From: a virus
Taxonomy: Duplodnaviria; Caudoviricetes
Virus record (IMG/VR): IMGVR_UViG_3300017569_000030
Coordinates: 17,472 to 81,471 of that record
Direction: 5' to 3' (one strand)
Length of the DNA stretch: 64,000 nucleotides
In this document: positions 14,270 through 22,684 of the stretch, in pieces
Numbering within the stretch: position 1 is the stretch's first letter
Layout of the letters: the number at the start of each line of letters is the position of its first letter
The notes under the pieces: generated by a model
The model's database searches: none
Seen by the model: the letters and a program-made list of their open reading frames with translations, nothing else
Told to the model about the DNA's origin: nothing
Program-made: the position numbers and the translations under genes

Positions 14270-14389
14270 TTATGGTTATTATGAAATTCTTTTTATTAAT
14301 GAAATTAACTATGCCACTAGGCAAAAAATTACGTATCTAACGGCACATTAGTAAACTATATTGAAAGTGTGCTACAACAAAAGAATATC

Positions 14390-15505
14390 ATGAAAAGAAT
14401 TGATAATTTATATGATAAAATTTGTGATTTATCAAATATTATAGATGCCGCAGCAAATGCTGCCGAAAACAAAAGTAAATAGTATGGAGTACGAATGTTT
14501 CTGAAAAACTCCTTTTAGAATTGTATTAATTTATCTGAGTTATTAAAAAAGGAGCAATATAAAACTTCTCCATATAAATTATTTACAATATATGAACCAA
14601 AAGAACGTCTATTATATAAATTGCCATTTTATCCAGATAGAATTGTTCATCACGCAATAATAAATATACTTGAACCAATTTGGATGAAATTGTTTACACG
14701 AGATACTTATTCCTGTGTTAAGGGAAGAGGTATTCACGGATTAGTAAAAAAGCTAACCAAAGATTTACGATATAATGTTGATGAGACAAAGTATTGTTTA
14801 AAATTAGACATTAAAAAGTTTTATCCAAGTATTGATCACGATATATTAAAACAGATAATACGTAGGAAGATCAAAGATAAAAAAGTATTAAAATTATTAG
14901 ATGAAATTATTGATTCTGCTGAAGGTGTACCAATTGGTAACTATTTATCGTAGTATTTTGCCAATCTATATTTAACTTATTTTGATCATATAATCAAAGA
15001 ATAGAAAAGAGTAAAATATTATTATAGATATGCAGATGATATAGTAATATTATCCTCTAATAAACAAGAATTACATGAGTTACTGACTTTTATTAAAGAA
15101 TATCTTTGGAATGAATTGAAATTAAAAGTTAAAGAAAACTATTAGATTTTTCCAGTTGATAAAAGAGGGATTGATTATGTGGGATATGTATTTTATCATA
15201 CTCATGTTTTATTAAGGAAAAGAATTAAACAAAATATCTTAAAAGCTGCGAGAAATAAGAATATCAAATCTCTTAAAACATATAAAGGTTGGCTTAAATA
15301 TTGTGATTCTAAACATTTAATGCAAAAAATATATAAATTATCTGGATTAAATTTAGATAATTGGAATGGCAGACAAGTTAATAGAATTGAATTAGATGGA
15401 GGAATAATTAAACATATACATAAAATGAAAAATTATTATAATATAGATTTCGTTAAGAATAACAAATCATATTATACAAAAGTTAAGAAATTATGGTTAA
15501 AATAA
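14390..15505 (+). CDS. DGR reverse transcriptase (371 aa, five in-frame TAG)
   Basis: MKRIDNLY start; PFYPDRIVHHA, LKLDIKKFYPSI, GVPIGNYLSQ (Q encoded by TAG 14951-14953), YRYADD (YADD at 15029-15040), GIDYVGY. Confidence 0.95.
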
Positions 15506-17271
15506 GACAAAAAGGTTTAAAGGCTGATTATAAACCAACTTCTACACATAAAGATGTAATTTATATTACAACTGACACTAATGAAATTCTATTAAATAAT
15601 TAGCCTTATATTTTAGATATTGATGATCCTACTGAAATATTATCAAATTAGCATTTAGTTTTAGCTAACACTGGAAAAGGAGTTACAAAAGGTAAATGGG
15701 AGAATATTTCAGAAATTGATCCAAAGCTATAGTAGCAATTATTAGATGAATACGCTTATGGTGTTGAATGGAATTTTGAAACATCTTCTGACCCGCATTT
15801 AACTAGAGTAGGTAATCTTACAATGCATAAGACACTTCCTATTTAGTCTAAATTAAAAGGATGTGTTGCACAAGCAGATCAAATTATGTATTGGCTAAAT
15901 GAAGAAGATTGGAGATTCAAGAAAGCTCCCACGACTCTTGCTGATCAAACTCTTTCAGTAGCCGATGGAGTTTATACTATTGTTAATGATGTTTTCTCCA
16001 CACTTCAATATGAAAACCAGTATATAAAAGTTAATGATATAGCTTGTAAAGTTACAGCCATAGATACAACAACTTCAACTGCAACTCTTTCTCCAGAAGA
16101 AGATATTGAAGCAGGTACTTATGATGTAGAACTTGGTGCTGTTCTTAACGGATATGATGGGACAGTACGAGTATATATCCCTGCCTTCTATATTAAATCA
16201 GTATCTGAAGATACTGTTAGACAGGTATGGTTATCAACAGTTAAAATAGATGATACTTGGACATACTAGCCTTCAATTCTAGTTGATGCATATAGATGTA
16301 CAGTACTTAATACCGTTCCTACAGACTTTGGTTATCTCTCTACACTTCCAGTAAATAGTGCTATTTCTGTAGTGAATGTGAAAGATTACTGCCGTGGAGG
16401 CAATAATCGAAGTACATATGACACTTACCTTACAGACGATCCAAATAGAACTGATTTAGGCAAACCTCGTACTAATATAGGTAGATCTTCTATGAGGACT
16501 TATGCACAGAATGTAGGGAACTATATGATGTCTTATGATGAGTATAAGAATATATTTTACTGGTTATATGTAGTTGAATATGCAAACTTTAATAGCCAAG
16601 AGGCGTATAATGCAGTTCTAACAGATGATGGATATAAACAAGGTGGATTAGGAAATGGAGTAACAACCTGGGGTTATACATAGTGGCAGTATTATAACAA
16701 TGCATGTCCTCTTACTCCTTGTGGATATGGTAACAAACTTGGAAATGGCACAGGTGTTATTGGTTTAGTAACACCAGAATTTATAAGTGGAACAAGTACA
16801 GTTGCTACTCATACCTTTTCAATGCCTCGTTGGAGAGGATTTGATAATCCATTCGGAGATATTTGGACAAATCTAGATGGCATTATAGTTGACAATGATG
16901 TAGATAATCACGCAAATAATATGTGCTATGTATATACTTGCTCTGATCATACTAAGTGTGCAGATACTATTACTTCTGATTATATTAAAACAGGTGAACA
17001 ACTATATTCATGTGGATATATTAAAACATTTGATTTAGGAGATGCTGCACATATTATTCCTAATGCTGTAGGTGGCAATACTACATAGTATATTTGTGAT
17101 TATAATTGGGTAAGTAATAAGAATACTACTTTGAAGACGGTGATTGTGGGCGGCGGCGCGTATAGCGGTGCTATTGCTGGTCTCGGCGACTTCAATTCGG
17201 TTAATGCGGTCTCGGCTGCTTGGGCGATTGTTGGCTTTCGGTCGGTCTCTTCCTTTATGTCTGTTGTCTAA
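15493..17271 (+). CDS. DGR target protein 2 (592 aa), paralogue of target 1
   Basis: N terminus KIRQKGLKADYKPTSTHKDVIYITTDT matches KIRQQGLKADYAPDTTHKDVIYLTTDT of target 1; EYANFNSQEA, PRWRGFDNPFGDIWTNLDG; ends in VR2; TAA 17269-17271. Confidence 0.88.
17140..17269 (+). repeat. DGR variable repeat VR2
   Basis: 130 nt, ungapped against 17493-17622; 15 mismatches, all at TR adenines. Confidence 0.95.
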
Positions 17272-17382
17272 TGGATGGTGTAAAAAGGATAGTGTAAAAA
17301 GAGTAAAATAATATTTAAGGAAAATAAAATAGTATAAATAATATAGGAAAATAGGTGTTTTCCAATAAAACCGAAGAAAGCG

Positions 17383-17434
17383 GATAGGAGTACCCAATCT
17401 CCTATCTACGCCCTTCGTAGGAATATATCTACGA
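17383..17434 (+). other. Two hairpins upstream of TR2 (GATAGGAG/CTCCTATC 17383-17406; TCGTAG/CTACGA 17415-17434)
   Basis: Perfect inverted repeats read directly; function inferred (DGR RNA 5' structure or DNA cruciform after VR2). Confidence 0.5.
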
Positions 17435-17492
17435 CATAAGACAGCTGGAGTGATAAAAAAGTTGTTTTATTGTTGCACAAAACACAATCAAA

Positions 17493-17622
17493 GTGATTGT
17501 AGGCAGCAACGCGAATAACAGTGCTAATGCTGGTCTCAGCAACTTCAATTCGAATAATGCAGTCTCGGCTGCTTAGGCGATTGTTGGCTTTCGGTCAGTC
17601 TCTTCCTTTATGTCTGTTGTCT
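17493..17622 (+). ncRNA. DGR template repeat TR2
   Basis: Non-coding adenine-bearing copy of VR2, followed by the same spacer motif as TR1. Confidence 0.93.
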
Positions 17623-17789
17623 TTTTGAAAAATGTGTTTTATATTTTTAAATTTTTGTAAGATATATTTCCTTGCCACTTGGCAAAAGATGACATAAAGA
17701 CCTCAATTTTGAGGATGAATCTGTGTTAGTAACGTAAGTGAATACTCGGTATTACACTCTTTTCAGTAAAAAATAATTTAAATAGATAT

Positions 17790-18413
17790 ATGAAGAGGAT
17801 AAACAATTTATATTCTCAAATATACAAAACTAAAAATATTTTCCTAGCTGATAAATGTGCTAGAAAAGCTAAGAGAAATAGTTATGGAGTAAAAGATATA
17901 ACTTTTAAATATGAAATTCCAATTAATGGCTCTGCAACAGGTGAAATTCCAAATGATGTAACAGCATCAGTTCCAAGATGGAGAGGTTTTGATAATTTCT
18001 TTGGGGATTTAGAGACTAAATTTAATTATTTATGGGCAACTAATAAAACAGAAGATGGCAAAACTCGTATTACTGATATTTAGGGTAATTATTATACAGT
18101 AGATTCTGGTTATGGTCCTGTTAATTCTTTTTATTTAGGTAAAACAGCAGAAATTATTCCTAAAGCATGTGAAGATGAGGTAAGCAGTAATACTTATACT
18201 TGTTTATGTGTAAATTTTTCGGACGGCGATCTTAGCATTTATTCTAATATTGAAGCTTCAGTATTTCTCTTTCCAACATCTTCCCATTACCTCGGTATAG
18301 TCTTTTATTAGAATAAATATGAGGCTTGTACTCGTAATGAATATGCAATCGGAGAACATATTTATGATACTTGTCCAGTTTTTACTTCTTATATTGAGTA
18401 CGTAGAGCCATAA
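17790..18413 (+). pseudogene. Chimeric ORF (207 aa): about 35 aa DGR-RT N terminus fused to a lectin-type target C-terminal fragment
   Basis: MKRINNLYSQIYKTKNIFLADKCARKAKRNSYGVK aligns with the RT start MKRIDNLYDKICDLSNIIDAAANAAENKSKQYGVR; then SVPRWRGFDNFFGDL matches target 2. No RT catalytic motifs. Confidence 0.75.
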
Positions 18414-18434
18414 TGTAGCATAACTTTTATAAAT

Positions 18435-19148
18435 ATGTACACAGCAATAAAAATAAATTCAATAACTAAACCAGATACTTTTATTAATTTAAATAATGGA
18501 ATTTGGTATTATAACTTTAATATTACAGAAGAAACTGTAACAGTATATAATGAAACAGGAGAAGATAAGCAAACTAGATATACTTGGGTTCAAGTAAGAA
18601 TTAAAGGTACTCCAACTCTTGAAAAATGTTAGGAAGCTATACTTAAAGCATTTAAAAATGAAGATGGAAATACTCTTTATTCTCTTCTAACTATTGATCG
18701 TACCTCTACTGATCAAATAGAGGATATTATATATAATATTAAAGTAGATTTTGGTCAAGAAGTAGCTTTATCTGAAGTTGATCAAGCTAAAAAAGATATT
18801 ACAAGGAAAATAAGTGAGTATGATACTTCAACAAATGTTAATTCTTTCTTTCTAAATGGAATACAAGTTTGGTTAGATAAAAGTACTAGAGTAGGGTTAA
18901 TGAACTCACTTACTATAGAAAAAGAAGCAGGTAAAACTGAATCTACTTTGTGGTTTAATAATATTAGTTTAACAATTAATATAGAAGCTGCCATGTAGAT
19001 GTTGAGTTCTTTGGAAATATATGCATTAGAATGTTATAATCAAACTGCTACACATAAAGCTGCAGTTGAAGCTCTTACCACTGCAGAAGAAATAAATAAT
19101 TATGATTATACAACTGGTTATCCAGAAAAATTAACATTCTCAATCTAA
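18435..19148 (+). CDS. DUF4376-like protein (237 aa)
   Basis: VNSFFLNGIQVWLDKSTRVGLMNS ... LEIYALECYNQTATHKAAV ... YDYTTGYP recognised as DUF4376-like; TAATG coupling to the next gene. Confidence 0.75.
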
Positions 19149-19615
19149 TGTTTTCAACTATATGCTTAATTTTATCCTTTTTAATCTGGGTAAGTTATAT
19201 CATATATGTATATGTTAAATATAAACCAGATAGTATTTCTAAAAGTTATTATTTAACAAAAAATAGAAATACATTTACTTGTTGGATTATATTAATTTCT
19301 ATTTTAATATTTCCAATATGGGTAGAAATAAGCCCTGTAAACTTTTAGTTTTTACCATTTTTATCTATTATTTCTTTAATAATAGTTGGTGTATGTCCGC
19401 GTTATTTAGAATCTGATAGAACAATTCATACTGTTGCTGCAATAGTAACTTGTGTATTGTCTATTATATGGAATATATTAATTGAACTCTATTTTATTCC
19501 AATAATTTTATTAGTAATTATAGGAGTATTATATTTATTATCTGTTTCAGATACATTTTTTTGGATTGAATGTAGTGCATTTTTAAATATCTACCTTTCA
19601 ATTATACTTTACTAA
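19148..19615 (+). CDS. Multi-pass membrane protein (155 aa)
   Basis: Several hydrophobic segments; open through TAG 19346 to TAA 19613-19615. Confidence 0.7.
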
Positions 19616-19643
19616 TCCGATCTATTTTTAGGTCGGATTTTTT
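19615..19643 (+). terminator. Intrinsic terminator
   Basis: ATCCGATCT/AGGTCGGAT stem followed by a T tract. Confidence 0.75.
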
Positions 19644-19672
19644 GTTTTTAACAGTTATTAACATAATCTGTC

Positions 19673-19704
19673 TTGGTTTTGTAAAATTAATGTAATATAT
19701 TTAC
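19673..19704 (+). promoter_or_regulatory. Promoter TTGG-N19-TATATTTAC, copy 1
   Basis: Identical boxes and spacing at 22126 and 25603; resembles the Bacteroidetes TTTG/TAnnTTTG consensus. Confidence 0.7.
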
Positions 19705-19811
19705 GTCATACAATTTTGTTACAAAATTGTTACACTATGCATAGTAGATATATAAGATTAAATTTTTAGTATCAGAGATAAGTTATGTTTTAATAATTCA
19801 TAATTAAATTT

Positions 19812-20702
19812 ATGACAGACAGTAAAGTTTATATGTTTCCCGAGTCGGGAAATAATAATGGTAGTCTTATAGGTATGTTAGCTCCATTACTTTAGTAGAA
19901 AGGTATAGATCCTAATATACTTTTAGCCATGCGAAATAATAATGGGTTTGAAGGTAGTTGGTTTATATGGATTATCCTATTATTCATTATTATGGGATAT
20001 GGAGGGTTTGGAAATCGAGGTACTGGAGAACTTGCTAATTAGATTAATAATGATTATGGAAGAGATCTTTTACTTTAGGCTATTAATGGAAATGGTACTG
20101 CTATTTCTTAGTTAGCTACTACTCTTAATTGTGATGTTAATTCTTTGCAAACAGCAATCAATGCTCTTAGTTCAGGATTATCTCAGGTAGGAAATCAAGT
20201 AGGGCTTACAGGACAACAAGTAGTAAATTCCATTCAGAACGGTAATCAACAGTTGGCTGCACAAATAGCTCAATGTTGCTGTGATAATAAATTGTTAATA
20301 ACAAATCAAGGATATGAAACCAGGATTGCTACATTAGAACAAACTAATCAATTAGGATCTAAAGTAGATGGAGGTACAAGTTCTATCACTAATGCAATAA
20401 TTAATCAAACAGCATTGATTAATGACAAGTTTTGTGCTCTTGAAATGCGTGATATGTAGGCAAAAATTAATCAATTACAAGAGGAAAAGAGTACATTACA
20501 AAGTCATATTAGTAACGCAAACCAAACATCACAAATTCAGTCTTATATAGCAAGTGTAGTTAATCCAATTGCTTAGGAAGTTAACGCTATTAAATCTGCA
20601 CAACCTGCAACTGTTACATTGCCATATTCTTGTGCTACTGCTGTCCCAACTGCTTGGGCTGCACAATATGGGTTGGGTACTACATACGGCTATTGGGGAT
20701 AA
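19812..20702 (+). CDS. Hypothetical protein with QIAQCCCD motif and Gly-rich hydrophobic N-terminal segment (296 aa)
   Basis: ATG 19812, multiple TAG including TAG-TAG, TAA 20700-20702. Confidence 0.8.
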
Positions 20703-20716
20703 GAAAGGAGGTAAGT

Positions 20717-21046
20717 ATGGCTTTACTAAATCCTTTTATATGGTCTAATAAAGGTGGAATACCAAGACTTGAAGCTACAAGTGTTTCAGTAGGAACATCT
20801 AATGTAACATTCAGTTTTCAACCACATAACTTTTTAAGTGTTCCTTATTCAGGGTTAATACTGTTCAAGCTACCTTCTTATACAGCTCCAACTACTGCTG
20901 TTCCCGTAGTGTTTAATACAAATGGTAAGACACAGGCTGTAACAACAATAAATGGAGAAGAGGTAACTTCTGCGGAGCTTAATGGTTCGGGAATATATTT
21001 AGCCTATTATGAAAATGGAACATTGTAGATATTAACAGGTATTTAA
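20717..21046 (+). CDS. Hypothetical protein (109 aa, GGIPRLEAT...)
   Basis: ATG 20717 preceded by AAAGGAGGT; TAA 21044-21046. Confidence 0.78.
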
Positions 21047-21048
21047 TT

Positions 21049-21513
21049 ATGTTTTCAGCTTTACGATAGGGAAGTACAATATATATACTAGAAAAAGGTG
21101 AAACTCCTATATTAAAAATCGGTCAAGTAATAGGTGTAACACATCCATCTTATAATAGTTTTCTAACAGTAGATATTACTGTAAAAGCTAATGAATAGTA
21201 GTTAGACTTTAAAAATGTTCCTAGCTCACAATCTACTACAGTCTATAATAATGTTATTATTACTGAAACTAAAGAGCTAATGATAACCGAAATTGAAAAT
21301 ATGATGTAGGCAAGTAGAAATATTATAGATAGTGTGCATTACCATACTAATATTGTATCTTCATGTGAGAATATTTTAAGGGAATTAAATCCCAGATTTG
21401 CTAAAGAAAAAGAACGAGATGAAGATATAAATAATTTAAAAATAAAGATAGGAGGTATTGAATCTAAAATGGATGAAATTATTGACTTACTATCTAAAGA
21501 TAATTTAAATTAA
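21049..21513 (+). CDS. Hypothetical protein (154 aa, MFSALRQGSTIYILEKG...)
   Basis: Absent from the ORF track because of TAGs; C-terminal coiled coil; TAA 21511-21513. Confidence 0.75.
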
Positions 21514-21514
21514 T

Positions 21515-21691
21515 ATGAACGGATATATTGAAATAAAAGAGGATTCCTACGAGGACACAATTGAACATCTTACAAGAATTAAGAAGTTAGCTTGTAAGTT
21601 AATTAAAATGTTAGCAGAACATTCAGAAGTATATGATGAAGATACAGAAGAAACTACTAGTCGCCGCAGAAGTGGTAGATATAGTTATTAA
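21515..21691 (+). CDS. Small protein (58 aa)
   Basis: ATG 21515, TAA 21689-21691, followed by a terminator. Confidence 0.6.
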   Translation: MNGYIEIKEDSYEDTIEHLTRIKKLACKLIKMLAEHSEVYDEDTEETTSRRRSGRYSY

Positions 21692-21699
21692 TTCTATTT

Positions 21700-21728
21700 A
21701 GGCGGAACATTAAGATTCCGCCTTTTTT
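21700..21728 (+). terminator. Intrinsic terminator
   Basis: AGGCGGAA/TTCCGCCT stem followed by a T tract. Confidence 0.8.
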
Positions 21729-21731
21729 ATT

Positions 21732-22100
21732 ATGAAAGAGGATTTTACTAAATATGATATAAAACCAGAAGCTTTTCTTAATTATTTGAGATATTACGGA
21801 GAACATTTTAATAATAAATTATGTGAGTTTGCTTGTGGTATGAAGGATTATAATAAAGAAAAACTAAATATACTATTATAGGCGAATAAAATTGAACTAC
21901 CAGATGCTAAATTAAATGATGCAGTTTATTTAGCTAATTGGTGTAAATCAGTTTTATTTGGATCTAGTATATAGGATGAAAAACATTTAGTTCTATTTTT
22001 AAAAGATATATTTGAAAAGGAAGGGGATCTTATTTTTAATAGATGGTATGCTGATATGGCAAAGAAAGGAATACCTATTGAATGGGAAGAAATGATTTAA
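21732..22100 (+). CDS. Hypothetical protein (122 aa, YLRYYGEHFNNKLCEFA)
   Basis: ATG 21732, TAA 22098-22100, through TAGs. Confidence 0.72.
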
Positions 22101-22103
22101 TTT

Positions 22104-22145
22104 AATGCCTAATGTTCAATTTAATTTGGATATTAGGCATTTTTT
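22104..22145 (+). terminator. Long terminator hairpin overlapping the next promoter
   Basis: AATGCCTAATGTTCAA/TTGGATATTAGGCATT stem followed by a T tract. Confidence 0.7.
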
Positions 22146-22157
22146 ATTTATATTTAC
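22126..22157 (+). promoter_or_regulatory. Promoter TTGG-N19-TATATTTAC, copy 2
   Basis: Same boxes and spacing as at 19673 and 25603; upstream of the lysin candidate. Confidence 0.7.
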
Positions 22158-22232
22158 AGTATGGATAAATGTGTAAAAATCATTAAAGAATAAAAGATGT
22201 TAATTTATAAAAAGTTATAAAAATAGAGGAAT

Positions 22233-22682
22233 ATGAAATTATTACTGAAAAGAATTGCAAAAAAGAGTAAATATACAATTGGACGTTTATATATAGATAA
22301 TGAGTATTTCTGTGATACTATTGAAGATACAGATAGAGGTCTTACTTAGTCTATGTCCTTATCAGAAATATAGAAAATTAAAGTGAAGAATGAGACAGCT
22401 ATCCCTACTGGAACTTATACTGTTACTATGAATGTAGTTAGTCCTAAATTCAAAAATAAAACATGGGCTAAGCCTTATGGTGGTAAGGTTCCGAGACTTT
22501 TAAATGTTCCTGGCTATGAGGGAATCCTTTTGCATCCTGGCTCAGACCAAGACAGTAGCAGCGGGTGTCTTATCGTGGGATAGAATAAAGTTGTTGGTAA
22601 AGTGGTTAACTCTCAAGCAACTTTTCATAAATTAATGTCTCGATTAAAGGGGATTAAAACAGCAATAATTACAATTCAATAA
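22233..22682 (+). CDS. DUF5675-family protein, putative cell-wall enzyme/endolysin (149 aa)
   Basis: LKRIAKKSKYTIGRLYID..CDTIED..ETAIPTGTY..PRLLNVPGYEGILLHPG..SSGCLIVG; three TAG. Confidence 0.8.
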
Positions 22683-22684
22683 TT

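Noticed and set aside
14143-14340. 65-aa ORF over TR1
   Set aside because: It is the Asn/Ser-rich translation of the template repeat, not a credible protein.
14390-15505. RT as a group II intron, retron or Abi RT
   Set aside because: Short, no maturase or endonuclease domain, has the IGNYLSQ motif and sits beside an adenine-specific TR/VR pair.
17790-18413. A second functional RT
   Set aside because: Only about 35 RT-like residues; no catalytic motifs.
18180-18413. A third VR at the end of the chimeric ORF
   Set aside because: No alignment to TR1 or TR2 could be made by eye.
19620-19811. Suppressor tRNA in the larger intergenic gaps
   Set aside because: No cloverleaf or T-loop consensus seen here or in other gaps; tRNAscan-SE on the full genome is needed.
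20630-20716. Upstream start for the 20717 gene (likewise 37746, 9671, 53431)
   Set aside because: These extensions overlap the previous gene or a terminator; the downstream ATGs fit better.
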